NCBI GenBank assembly: GCA_963708035.1
Contig: OY970188.1
Location: 291,233-355,232, forward strand
Direction of reading: 5' to 3'
Source: an uncultured Actinomycetota bacterium
Lineage (GTDB): Bacteria > Actinomycetota > Actinomycetes > Propionibacteriales > Nocardioidaceae
DNA length: 64,000 bases
The notes beneath the pieces were generated by a model. It ran no database searches. It had not been told where the DNA came from and worked only from the letters and a program-made list of their open reading frames with translations. Below, one piece after another: positions 53,215 through 62,721 of the stretch. Numbering within the stretch: position 1 is the stretch's first letter; each line of letters begins with the position of its first letter. A program made the position numbers and the translations under genes.

Positions 53215-53671
53215 TTCGCCTGGTGGTGCCGAGCAGGAGGCTGGTCGCTACCGGACTGCGGCTGGACGCGGTCAACTGGTGATGAGCGTGGCCGGCTCGT
53301 GGTGCCGTCGCACGAAGCCGCGCGCCGGTCGGGTCGCCGGCTCATCCTGGGGCTGGGTGACCCAGGGCAACCCAGAACCCTTTCTCCGAGGTGACGGCTC
53401 GCGCCACGACATCCGGTGCGTGGGGCACCCCACACGGGGGGCCGGGGCCGCAGTCGACGGGAGCGACGCCGCACACGACGGCACAGCGTGCGAGGTCACC
53501 CGCTGAACGACAGCTCCCGCCCGCCACCACGGCCTCGTCCGGCCACCCCAACCCTTTGGGGTCATTGACCGCCTCATGAGCCGGGTATAGGCACGTCCCT
53601 AGATCGCAGGCTGCCGACGCGGCCGCACCGTGCCGCCGGGGTAGTCCGCCTGAGCTCTGTGGAGGTTCTCG

Positions 53672-54740
53672 GTGACATTTCGTCGTCATGCATCTCGAGT
53701 GGGTGCCGTTGCCACGGGTTTCGCGGCACTCGCCCTGGTCACGGCCTACGGGCAACCTGCGGGCAACGCGGCCACCGGGTCGGTCCGGACCCACGCCACG
53801 TCAGCGGTCAAGTCCCATCCCTATGCGAAGGGCCGCCATGGACGCTTGAAACTGGTGAAGGTATCCCGCCCTGGCAAGGCGAAACTGAAGTCGGGCCACG
53901 CCCGGGACGCCAGCCGCATGTTGCCGACGTTGGTACCTGCTCGGCGGAAGAGCGAGCCGGGGAGCCACGGGAAACTGCCGCACGCGAAGTCTCACCGGTT
54001 GTCGCGTCGGTCGTCCGCCGAGGTGCTGGCGAACTTCGACGGCGTTGACGCCATCCAGAACGGCGCCACAGCCTTCGATCTCGAGCCTCCGGACGAGGGA
54101 CTGGGTGCCGGCAATGGCTACGTGGTGAACTTCGTGAACGTCACCGGCGCCATCTACAACACGCACGGCGGGATGGTGCAGGGTCCGTTCTATCTGAACC
54201 CGTTCTTCGGTGAGGACCCCGCTGCGAACACCTCTGATCCGCGGGTCTACTTCGACCCGAGCACGCGTCGTTGGTTCGCCACCATGATCGAGTACACGTT
54301 CAACGATGACTTCACCGCGGTCATCGAGTCCCACGTCGATCTGGCCGCGAGCAGGACCGCCAACCCGAAGGGGGCGTGGAACATCTACCACGTCGACGCC
54401 AGCAGCCCGACGCACGGTGGCTGCCGTGTCTGGGTGACTACCCGATCCTCGGCATGGACGGACGCAACGTCTACATCAGCACACAGGAGTTCACCAGCGA
54501 CCTCGAGAGCTTCAACGGTGCTCAGCTGTACATCCTCCCGGAGGCAGAGCTGACTGCCGGCGCGACGTCGGTCCACGAGGCCGCGTTCGAGAACCTGCAG
54601 GCGGGCGGAACCCTCGCCTTCCGGGTGCAGTGGGCACAGTCACCCCAGCATTCCCCGGCCGAGTTCGCGATGAGCACGCTGGACCCCACGGGCGCTGGTG
54701 ACAACCGCATCGCTGTGTGGGCCGTGACGCACCGCGGAGC
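53672..54740 (+). pseudogene. Secreted putative beta-propeller protein gene, frameshifted (about 54425) and apparently truncated
   Basis: RBS ggagg and signal peptide; EPPDEGLGAG, SDPRVYFD; continues as PCLGDYPILG in another frame; coding signal fades near 54740. Confidence 0.65.
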
Positions 54741-54875
54741 GGTGTTGATCTGTGCCGTGGATGTTCTGCGGTCGGACTGGTCGCCGGTCGGGGGGGAGTG
54801 CCAGTTCGATGCGAGTATGCGGCTCGGGCGCCGTGATGAGGGGTCTGCAGCCACCCCGGAGATAGCCTGGCAGGG

Positions 54876-55340
54876 ATGATCACGTTCTCGAGAGCCGCCG
54901 GGTCGCGGCAGCTGTTCGGCGAGGTCGTCCGGTTCCTCGCGGTCGGCGGTGTCGCCACCGCCGTCTCGTTCGTCGGGTTCAACGTGCTGGTCCACGGCCT
55001 GCTGGTCGGCGCGGCACCGATGGCCGACCAGCCGCTTCCGGCGTACGTCGCCGTCAACGTCCTCGCCGGCCTCGTCGCGTACGCCGGCCTGCGGCTCTGG
55101 GCCTTCCAGCACCGCGAGGTGAGCGAGCCGTTCGGGGGACTGGCGATGTTCTTCGGCCTCGGCGCGGTCACGATGGCGATCCCCGTGCTGTGCCTGTGGG
55201 CCAGTCGCTACGCGCTCGGTCTCTCCTCACCGCTGGCGGACAACCTCTCGGCCAACGTGATCGGTCTGGGCCTGGGCACCGCCGCGCGCTTCTGGGTCTT
55301 CCGGCGCTACGTCTTCGACACGGTGAAGGCCACCGCATGA
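54876..55340 (+). CDS. GtrA-family protein
   Basis: RFLAVGGVAT, SPLADNLSANVIG, RFWVFRRYVF. Confidence 0.88.
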   Translation: MITFSRAAGSRQLFGEVVRFLAVGGVATAVSFVGFNVLVHGLLVGAAPMADQPLPAYVAVNVLAGLVAYAGLRLWAFQHREVSEPFGGLAMFFGLGAVTMAIPVLCLWASRYALGLSSPLADNLSANVIGLGLGTAARFWVFRRYVFDTVKATA

Positions 55341-55350
55341 CGGAGCTCGG

Positions 55351-55860
55351 ATGAGCAGCGGAGACCACCTCTACGTCCGCCGCCGGCGCCGCTACAGCCG
55401 CTACACCCACCACGGCATCGACTGCGGCGACGGCACGGTCATCCACTACAACGGCGGCTGGGGAACGGTGCGTCGCGTCGAGCGGACGTCCTGGGAGTCG
55501 TTCGCCGACGGAGCGCCCGTCTTCGTGCGCCCCCACCGCCACGCCCTGGCCCCGGAGGAGATCGTGCGCAACGCGGAGTCGCGGCTCGGGTCCCGTGGCT
55601 ACCACCTGGTCCGCAACAACTGCGAGCACTTCGCGACCTGGTCCGCCACCGGCTCGGCGGCGAGCCGGCAGGTGCGCGGCTGGGCCATCGCCGGGCCGGG
55701 GGCCATGGCCTCGATCGGCGTGGCGCAGGAGGCAGGACCTCACCTCATGCTGCTCGGGACCGTCGGGATGGGCGTCGCCGCGGTCACGCGGCCCCTCCGA
55801 CGCCGTCGGCGCGGTCGGCGCCGTCCGGGCGGCGTGGACGCCGAGGTCGCCCGGGCCTGA
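55351..55860 (+). CDS. LRAT-like (permuted NlpC/P60) protein
   Basis: HHGI, VIHY and catalytic YHLVRNNCEHFA; C-terminal hydrophobic segment. Confidence 0.88.
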   Translation: MSSGDHLYVRRRRRYSRYTHHGIDCGDGTVIHYNGGWGTVRRVERTSWESFADGAPVFVRPHRHALAPEEIVRNAESRLGSRGYHLVRNNCEHFATWSATGSAASRQVRGWAIAGPGAMASIGVAQEAGPHLMLLGTVGMGVAAVTRPLRRRRRGRRRPGGVDAEVARA

Positions 55861-55900
55861 GGTGCGCGTTTCCTCGGACGTCCGAGGAAACCGCAGAGGG

Positions 55901-56158
55901 TTACGCCGGGTGCGGGATGGGCCGGTCGCTGACCGGGGTGATGCTCGCGGTGCAGGTCTTCATGCCCGGGATCAGGAGCCGGTGGACCGCCTCGAGGTCG
56001 TCGGCCTCGACGAGCATGAAGACGACGTGCTCGGAGAAGGCGCCCCAGACGCCGTGCACCGTGACGCCCTCGGCGTCCGCGTCGTGCAGGGAGCGGGAGC
56101 CGCCGTTGCCGTAGGGGCAGTCGGCGGGCGCGTGGGACTGCTCGATGTGGAACAACAT
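55901..56158 (-). CDS. Small ferredoxin-fold-like (GYD/DUF3303-like) protein
   Basis: 85 aa; SHAPADCP, HVVFMLVEADD. Confidence 0.65.
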   Translation of the reverse strand: MLFHIEQSHAPADCPYGNGGSRSLHDADAEGVTVHGVWGAFSEHVVFMLVEADDLEAVHRLLIPGMKTCTASITPVSDRPIPHPA

Positions 56159-56198
56159 GGGCCCAGCATGGGCATCGCGTCCGAGGGTGGCAAGCCGT

Positions 56199-56813
56199 TC
56201 ACGCGGCGCGGGCGCGCCGGCGCCACACCAGCAGCAGGGCGGCCGTGAGCGACCCCAGCGTGCCGAGGGTGAGGTCGCCGAGCGTGTCCTCGTACGCCGT
56301 GTCCAGCTCCGTGCCGTGCCGGATGAACGTGAACCACTCACCCAGCTCCCACCCGATCGCCAGGATCGCACCCAGCCCGGTCACCAGGAGGGCCAGCACC
56401 CAGTCCGGACGGACGTCACGCGCGAGCAGCAGCCCGAGACCCGAGAGGAGCAGCAGCCAGTTGACGTAGTGGTTCGCGTCGTCCCACCACGTCACGGTGT
56501 CGTAGAGGTCGAGGCTGTTGCCGGTCACGTCCACGAGGAACGGCAGCATGACCAGCGTGAACGCGGCGTACGGCGGCCGCACGGCGCGGTCGCGCCGGCC
56601 GACCGCGAGCCACCACACGACCGGCGCGAGCAGCATCAGCGCCGGGTAGGCGAGCAGCCGCGCGCCGAACGCCTTGTCGGCGAAGCGCTCGATGCCGGGC
56701 CACCACTCCGCGACCGCGAGCTGCAGGACGGTCGCGGCGAGCACAGCGGCGGGGAGCACGGCGGGGAGCACGGCGGGGAGCAGGGAGGCGGGCAGCCGGG
56801 GCCTGGACGACAC
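56199..56813 (-). CDS. Membrane protein, unknown function
   Basis: WWDDANHYVNW, ILAIGWELGEW, YEDTLGDL; multi-TM. Confidence 0.75.
   Translation of the reverse strand: MSSRPRLPASLLPAVLPAVLPAAVLAATVLQLAVAEWWPGIERFADKAFGARLLAYPALMLLAPVVWWLAVGRRDRAVRPPYAAFTLVMLPFLVDVTGNSLDLYDTVTWWDDANHYVNWLLLLSGLGLLLARDVRPDWVLALLVTGLGAILAIGWELGEWFTFIRHGTELDTAYEDTLGDLTLGTLGSLTAALLLVWRRRARAA
56749..56784. repeat. 12-bp coding tandem repeat x3 (LPA-S/V)
   Basis: gcggggagca(c/g)g at 56749, 56761 and 56773. Confidence 0.75.
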
Positions 56814-56861
56814 CCGGGTGATCGTGGTGCAGGGGAGCCGGTCCGGCAACCGCGCCGGTAC

Positions 56862-57296
56862 TCAGGGCCGCGACGCGTGCCCGGGCTCGCCCGGCGTGCG
56901 GTGGTCCTCCTTCATCCCGGCCTCGCGCAGGTGCCGACGTCCGGCCATCAGGTCGTCCCGCACCTCCGACTCGAGCTCGCGGAACAACGTCCAGTAGCCG
57001 TCGTCGAACTCCTCGACGATCTGGAAGGTCCACCGTCCCTCGAGGATGTTCCGGCCGAAGAGCTCCCGCTCGAGCCGGTCGGCCCAGTCGGCGTGCCCCG
57101 CGTCGCGGAGCAGGTGCATGGCCTTCTCGACCCGACGGTCGCTCTCGCCGATCAGCTGGTGGAACGCGTAGAGGTGGCCGCGCGCGCGTTCGGTGGTCTC
57201 CAGCGCCTTGGTCAGCTTGCCCACCGCGTCCACCGTCTCCGGGGTCACGCCCTCGGGCACCTGGTGGTCCTGGTCGGGCGGGCGGCTGTCGCTCAT
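56862..57296 (-). CDS. Conserved actinobacterial hypothetical protein
   Basis: ALETTERARGHLYAFHQL, GRWTFQIVEEFDDGYW. Confidence 0.75.
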   Translation of the reverse strand: MSDSRPPDQDHQVPEGVTPETVDAVGKLTKALETTERARGHLYAFHQLIGESDRRVEKAMHLLRDAGHADWADRLERELFGRNILEGRWTFQIVEEFDDGYWTLFRELESEVRDDLMAGRRHLREAGMKEDHRTPGEPGHASRP

Positions 57297-57331
57297 ACCG
57301 ATCCTGTACCCACTGCTGCCACGATGTGCGC

Positions 57332-57784
57332 ATGGGTGAGTCGGTGTACGACGCGATGGGCGGGGAGGACGCGGTCCTGCGGCTGGCGCACGCCTGGCAC
57401 GAGCGGGTGCTGGCCGACGAGGTGGTGAGCCACGCGTTCAGCCACGGCTACCGCAGCGACCACACGGAGCGGCTGGCGGCCTACTGGGCCGAGCAGCTCG
57501 GCGGGCCGCCGGCGTTCACCGTCGGCCTGGGCACCGACCACACGACGGTCCTCCGGATGCATTCGGGCAACGGCGAGCACCATGAGATGGACCGCCGGGC
57601 CGAGGAGTGCTTCGCCCTGGCCCTGGACGACGCGGGGCTCCCCGAGTCGCCCGAGCTGCGGCGCACGCTCGTCGCCTGGTTCCACTGGGGGATCGAGCTC
57701 ATGGACGCCTACCCGGCGAGCGCCGACGACGTCCCCCACGACGTGCCGTTCCCCCGGTGGTCGTGGGACGGTCCCCGCGTCTGA
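57332..57784 (+). CDS. Truncated hemoglobin-like (bacterial globin) protein
   Basis: YDAMGGEDAV, HTERLAAYWAEQLGGP, FALALDDAGLP. Confidence 0.82.
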   Translation: MGESVYDAMGGEDAVLRLAHAWHERVLADEVVSHAFSHGYRSDHTERLAAYWAEQLGGPPAFTVGLGTDHTTVLRMHSGNGEHHEMDRRAEECFALALDDAGLPESPELRRTLVAWFHWGIELMDAYPASADDVPHDVPFPRWSWDGPRV

Positions 57785-57887
57785 CCCTGCGCGCTCCAGC
57801 GGCGGCTGATCTCACGGCGATTGGAACGATCCAAGAAATCCTGGGAGACTGGTCCCGACCACCGAGCACCAGCCGAAGGGAACCACC

Positions 57888-58133
57888 ATGGGCCGCCTGA
57901 TCGACGACCTGAACGCGCTGCACGACGGGTACGTCGACGCCGTCAACGTCGCCGTGGCCGGCGACGACGTCGAGGGCGCTCACCGCCTCGCCGCGGAGTA
58001 CGACGACGAGGCGATCGAGATGATCGCCGTGCACGAGGGCCGGACCGACCTGCTGCCCCTGCGCCGCCGCGGTGCCACGGACTCCGGGCTCCGGGCGCGC
58101 ATCCGCCGGCTGACCGCGCGTCGCGCGGCCTGA
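57888..58133 (+). CDS. Small hypothetical protein
   Basis: 81 aa, RBS gaaggga, GC-typical codon usage. Confidence 0.65.
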   Translation: MGRLIDDLNALHDGYVDAVNVAVAGDDVEGAHRLAAEYDDEAIEMIAVHEGRTDLLPLRRRGATDSGLRARIRRLTARRAA

Positions 58134-58143
58134 GCGCCACGGC

Positions 58144-58506
58144 TCAGACGAGCACGATCACCAGCAGCAGGGCGACCACGGCGAGGGCCACGGTCATCAC
58201 GACGCCCAGCCCGAACGACGGAAGCGGCTGCCGCAGCCGGATCGCCCGCTCGACCCGCGCCCAGCGCACCAGCGCGAAGACGCAGATCAGGCCGCCCAGC
58301 CCGATCAGCACGACCACGAGCAGGGTGCGCAGCCAGTCGGTGCTGGGCACCTCCAGCGCGTGCAGCGCGATGCCGCCCGCGAGCATCGCCAGCGCGGTGC
58401 GCACCCAGGCCAGGAAGGTCCGCTCGTTGGCCAGCGAGAAGCGCGGGTCGGGTTCCTCGCCCTCGTCGTACACCCAGCGGGGCTGCCGCGTCGTCACCCG
58501 GCTCAT
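58144..58506 (-). CDS. YidH/DUF202 membrane protein
   Basis: DPRFSLANERTFLAWVRT. Confidence 0.92.
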   Translation of the reverse strand: MSRVTTRQPRWVYDEGEEPDPRFSLANERTFLAWVRTALAMLAGGIALHALEVPSTDWLRTLLVVVLIGLGGLICVFALVRWARVERAIRLRQPLPSFGLGVVMTVALAVVALLLVIVLV

Positions 58507-58543
58507 CGTGCCGCATGGCGGTGCCGGGTAGATTCCTGGCCCG

Positions 58544-59680
58544 ATGTCTCTGGTGGTGGGTGCCGCGATCGTCCGCCGGGGCACGCTCCTCGCCGCGCGC
58601 CGCACCCGCCCGCCCGATGCCGCCGGACGGTGGGAGCTCCCGGGCGGCAAGGTGGAGCCGGGCGAGGACCCGGGCGATGCCCTGGTCCGCGAGATCGCCG
58701 AGGAGCTGGGCTGCCGGGTGTCCGTGGACGGGTGGCTCGACGGCGAGCAGCCAGTCGGCTCGTCGCACGTCCTGCGGGCCGCCGTCTGCCGGCTCGAGGA
58801 CGACGAGCCGGAGCCCGGCGCCGACCACCACGAGCTGCGCTGGCTCGGGCCCGAGGAGCTGGACGACGTCGACTGGCTCGAGCCGGACCGGCCGTTCCTG
58901 CACCAGCTCCGTGACCTCCTGCTGGACGGCGAGGCGCTGCCCGGGGGCAACGTCGGCGGTGCCGTCCGGGTCGGCGACACGGTACGGCGACCGACCGGGC
59001 CCTGGACGCCGGCCGTCCACGCGCTGCTGCGTCATCTCGACGAGGCCGGGCTGCGGGCCGTTCCGCACGTGCGCGGTGTCGACTCCCGCGGCCGCGAGGT
59101 GCTCGACTTCCTCCCCGGCGAGGTGGTCGACGTCGACACCGAGCTGGTCGGCGACGCGCGGCTCGCCGACCTCGGCAGATGGACCCGGGAGCTCCACGAG
59201 GCTCAGAGCGGCTTCGCGCACCCGGGACCCTGGCGCTTCCCGTCGCACCCGGGGCACCCGCTCGTCATCCACAACGACGTGGCGCCGTACAACGTCGCCT
59301 TCGAGGGCGACCGCGTCTCCGGGGTGTTCGACTGGGACATCGCCGCTCCGGGGTCGGTGCTCTTCGAGCTCGCCCACCTCGCGTGGACGAGCGTGCCACT
59401 CTTCCGGCCGATCCCCGACGACGTGGCCGCCCGGCGGCTCGTCCTCCTGGCCGCGGCGTACGACGGGCCGAGCGCGACGGAGATCCTGGCCACGGTGCCG
59501 GCGCGCGTGCAGAGCGTCGTCGACGGGCTGCGCGCGGCGATGGACGCGGGTGACCGGACCCTCGACCGGCTGGCCGCGGTCGGCGAGCCGCAGGGGACCG
59601 CACGCCGGCTGGCCGACTTCCGCACCCGCCTCCCCGGTGTCGAGGCCGCCCTCGCGCGACGCCTAGGGTCGAGCGCATGA
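58544..59680 (+). CDS. NUDIX hydrolase fused to an APH-type phosphotransferase
   Basis: Nudix box [27 protein letters not shown]; kinase motifs IHNDVAPYN and VFDWD. Confidence 0.88.
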   Translation: MSLVVGAAIVRRGTLLAARRTRPPDAAGRWELPGGKVEPGEDPGDALVREIAEELGCRVSVDGWLDGEQPVGSSHVLRAAVCRLEDDEPEPGADHHELRWLGPEELDDVDWLEPDRPFLHQLRDLLLDGEALPGGNVGGAVRVGDTVRRPTGPWTPAVHALLRHLDEAGLRAVPHVRGVDSRGREVLDFLPGEVVDVDTELVGDARLADLGRWTRELHEAQSGFAHPGPWRFPSHPGHPLVIHNDVAPYNVAFEGDRVSGVFDWDIAAPGSVLFELAHLAWTSVPLFRPIPDDVAARRLVLLAAAYDGPSATEILATVPARVQSVVDGLRAAMDAGDRTLDRLAAVGEPQGTARRLADFRTRLPGVEAALARRLGSSA

Positions 59681-60585
59681 GCGAGACCCCCGACCGTCGC
59701 CTGCTGCTGGTCCACGCCCATCCCGACGACGAGACGATCGGGAGCGGGGCGACGATGGCGAAGTACGTCGCCGAAGGCGCCGGGGTCACCTTGGTGACGT
59801 GCACCGGCGGTGAGCGGGGCTCGATCATCCCGCCCGAGCTGGCGCACCTCTCGTGGGAGCAGGACGACACCCTGGCCGAGCACCGGAGGGGCGAGCTCGA
59901 CGACGCGATGCGCGAGCTCGGTGTCACCGACCACCGCTACCTCGGCGGGTTCGGTCGCTACAGCGACTCCGGCATGGAGTGGCACCCCGACGGCTACGCG
60001 ATCGCCGGTGACGACCGGCCCGACAACGCGTTCTGGGACGCCGACCTCACCGAGGCCTCGAACCTGCTCGTCGAGATCGTCCGCGAGGTCCGGCCGCAGG
60101 TGCTGGTGACCTACGACGAGTTCGGCAACTACGGCCACCCGGACCACATCCAGGCCCACCGGGTCGCGACGTACGCCACGCACCTGGCGGCGGTGCCGCG
60201 GTACCGGCTGGACCTCGGTGAGCCGTGGGAGATCGCCAAGATCTACTGGGTGTCGCGCTCCGAGAGCAGCATGCGCCGGGGGCTCCGGGCGCTGCGCGAC
60301 GCCGGTGACACCACGTCCTTCGAGGGCCTCGACCCGGACGGTCCGCTCCCGATGTCCGTGCCCGACGAGGACCTCGCCGCGGAGATCGACGCGACGCAGT
60401 ACGCCGACCGGAAGAAGGCGGCGCTCCTGGCGCACCGGACCCAGATCGAGGTGGACGGACGGTTCTTCGCCCTGTCCAACCACCTGGGCGACGAGGTGCT
60501 CGGCACCGAGTGGTACCGGATCGCGAAGGGGACGCCGGCGCCGCAGGGAGGCCGGCTCGAGTCCGACCTCTTCGCCGGTCTCTGA
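59677..60585 (+). CDS. mshB: GlcNAc-Ins deacetylase (mycothiol biosynthesis)
   Basis: [44 protein letters not shown]. Confidence 0.92.
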   Translation: MSETPDRRLLLVHAHPDDETIGSGATMAKYVAEGAGVTLVTCTGGERGSIIPPELAHLSWEQDDTLAEHRRGELDDAMRELGVTDHRYLGGFGRYSDSGMEWHPDGYAIAGDDRPDNAFWDADLTEASNLLVEIVREVRPQVLVTYDEFGNYGHPDHIQAHRVATYATHLAAVPRYRLDLGEPWEIAKIYWVSRSESSMRRGLRALRDAGDTTSFEGLDPDGPLPMSVPDEDLAAEIDATQYADRKKAALLAHRTQIEVDGRFFALSNHLGDEVLGTEWYRIAKGTPAPQGGRLESDLFAGL

Positions 60586-60649
60586 TCGCGGGGGCACCGA
60601 TCGGCGCGTTCGCCCACATTCGGAGCCCTCTCGCTCCTAGCATTTTCGC

Positions 60650-62347
60650 GTGGCGCGCTCGACCCGGCGAGACCAGCGACCCGGCCCCGAGAGCGAGGGT
60701 GGCCGGGTCGTCCTCGCGCTGATCCTCGGACTCGCGCTCCTGGCCGGCTGCGTCTACGTCGCGGCGTACGCGCTGGCGGGCGACCGGATCCCGGTCGGCA
60801 CGACGGTGGCCGGCGTCGACATCGGCGGCAAGAACCCGTCCTCGGCGATGGGGGCGCTCCGCACCGGTCTGGCGAACCGCGCCGACACGCCGTTCACGGT
60901 GACCGTCAACGGCCAGACCCAGCAGGTCTCGCCGGCCGACGTCGGGCTCTCGGTCGACTACTCGGCGTCCGTCCACAAGGCCGGAGCCGTCCGCAGCTGG
61001 CGGCTGTCGCGGCTGTGGTCCTACTACACGACGGGCACGTCCTTCGAGCCGGTGGTGACGCTCGACCAGAACCGGCTCGCCGCCCTGCTGAAGCGACTGG
61101 ACACCAGCGCGGGACGGGGACCGCGCGACGGCATGGTCGTGTTCAAGCACCACACCTTCACCGTGCGGGAGCCGCGCCCGGGGCTGGTCCTCGACCCGCG
61201 CTCGGCGGGCACCGCGTTCTGGAACGCCTACCTCACCGACGACCCGACCGTGGAGCTGCGGATGTCGCCGGTGACCCCGACGATCAACGAGGCGGCGATC
61301 CACCGGTTCGTACGCCGCTTCGCCAACCCGGCCATGTCCTCGGCGGTGCAGCTCCGGTTCGGGCCGACGCCGCTGCGCCTGTCGCCCTCCGACTACGCCC
61401 GCTTCCTGGGCGCGCGCCGGCTCGGCGGGCAGCTGCGGCCGACCGTGCGGGCGCGTCCCCTGGCACACCTCACCCGCAGCCAGCTCACCGGCGCCACCGA
61501 CCGTCCGCAGCCGGCCACCGTCGCCCTCTCCCACGGGCGTCCGCACGTGGTCAGCGCGAGGCCGGGCATGAGCTACGCACCTCACGACGTCGCCGTCGCC
61601 CTGCTCCGCGCGATCACGTCGCCGCACCGGACGGCACGGGTGCACCCGACCCCCGCCAAGGCGTCCTTCACGAACGCCGACGCGCGCGCGCTCGGCATCC
61701 GGCAGCGGCTCGCGTCCTCGACGGTCGCCCTCGCCCACGGTTCACCCAGCGACGCGCTCGCCGCCGCACTGGACCGGGTCGACGGCACGGTGCTCAAGCC
61801 CCGCCACGCCTTCTCGCTGCGCCGGGCTCTCGGGGCCGCGACGCCCCAGGGCGCCGGAGGAGACGCCCTGGCGACCGCGCTCTTCAACGCCGCCTGGCTC
61901 GGCGGGCTGCAGGTGACGAGCCACGCCACGCCGCCGTCGTACACCGGGGCGGCGCCGGTCGGCCGGGACGCCACCCTCGGCCACGGCCACGACATGGCCT
62001 TCACCGACGACACGAGGTACGGCGTGCTGGTCTCGGCGCAGGCACGGCACGGCGCGGTGACGGTCACGCTCTGGTCGACGCCCCGGTGGACGATCAGGTC
62101 GAGCCACGGACGCCGCACGCACGTCGTCGCCGCGCGGCGCGACGTCCGTCATGGCCGGGACTGCACCGCGAGTGACGGGCAGGCCGGCTTCCAGGTCACC
62201 GTGACCCGCAGCTTCGCCCAGGGCGGGGCCGTGGACCACACCTCGTCGTACACCGTGCACTACGCGCCGGTCGCCGCGGTCGTCTGTCGGTCGAGCGAGC
62301 ACCACCACGGGCACCACCACGGGCACCACCACGGGCACCACCACTGA
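60650..62347 (+). CDS. Membrane-anchored PG-binding/VanW-like protein with a His-rich tail
   Basis: N-terminal TM, IPVGTTVAGVDIGG, DGTVLKP, ALFNAA; ends HHHGHHHGHHHGHHH. Confidence 0.8.
   Translation: MARSTRRDQRPGPESEGGRVVLALILGLALLAGCVYVAAYALAGDRIPVGTTVAGVDIGGKNPSSAMGALRTGLANRADTPFTVTVNGQTQQVSPADVGLSVDYSASVHKAGAVRSWRLSRLWSYYTTGTSFEPVVTLDQNRLAALLKRLDTSAGRGPRDGMVVFKHHTFTVREPRPGLVLDPRSAGTAFWNAYLTDDPTVELRMSPVTPTINEAAIHRFVRRFANPAMSSAVQLRFGPTPLRLSPSDYARFLGARRLGGQLRPTVRARPLAHLTRSQLTGATDRPQPATVALSHGRPHVVSARPGMSYAPHDVAVALLRAITSPHRTARVHPTPAKASFTNADARALGIRQRLASSTVALAHGSPSDALAAALDRVDGTVLKPRHAFSLRRALGAATPQGAGGDALATALFNAAWLGGLQVTSHATPPSYTGAAPVGRDATLGHGHDMAFTDDTRYGVLVSAQARHGAVTVTLWSTPRWTIRSSHGRRTHVVAARRDVRHGRDCTASDGQAGFQVTVTRSFAQGGAVDHTSSYTVHYAPVAAVVCRSSEHHHGHHHGHHHGHHH
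62300..62344. repeat. 12-bp coding repeat (HHHG) x3.75
   Basis: caccaccacggg x3 plus caccaccac, then TGA. Confidence 0.9.
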
Positions 62348-62354
62348 GCACGCG

Positions 62355-62711
62355 TCAGCCGATCCCGGCCTTCGCGTCGAGCGCCTGGAGCAGGTCGTGC
62401 GCGGCGAGCTCGACCTGCTTGTGCCGCCACTCCGAGGCCCGGTAGACCGAGGCGATCAGCGCGGTGCGGTGCACCCGCCGGAAGTCGCCGTACACGAACG
62501 CGTGCCGGGCCTTGGTCTCGTCGTTCGCGCCCTCGGTGAGCCCGAGGTGCCAGGCGGCGTACTCCTCCCAGGTGTGGTGGTCCAGGAAGGCGTTCTGCGC
62601 GTCGGCACCGGGCTGCACCTCGCCCCAGTCGCTGTCGAGGACGTACTGCTTGCCCTCGATCAGCTCGCGGCAGCGGGCGACGGCGTCCGGGTTCACGTCG
62701 TAGCGGGCCAT
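62355..62711 (-). CDS. Conserved hypothetical protein
   Basis: DSDWGEVQP, WHLG, FVYGDFRRVHR. Confidence 0.75.
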   Translation of the reverse strand: MARYDVNPDAVARCRELIEGKQYVLDSDWGEVQPGADAQNAFLDHHTWEEYAAWHLGLTEGANDETKARHAFVYGDFRRVHRTALIASVYRASEWRHKQVELAAHDLLQALDAKAGIG

Positions 62712-62721
62712 GCGGCACACG

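Noticed and set aside
53215-53660. Short ORFs or a riboswitch in the unassigned island segment
   Set aside because: No recognisable protein or RNA motif; needs BLASTX/Infernal
50697-54847. Tn3-like GGGGT(C/A) ends at 50697, 53638 and 54840
   Set aside because: All face the same way, with no matching 38-bp inverted pair, target duplication or transposase
50665-55000. attL/attR direct repeat of the ychF 3' end
   Set aside because: Only an 8-nt match (ttcaacgt) inside the GtrA coding sequence; not significant
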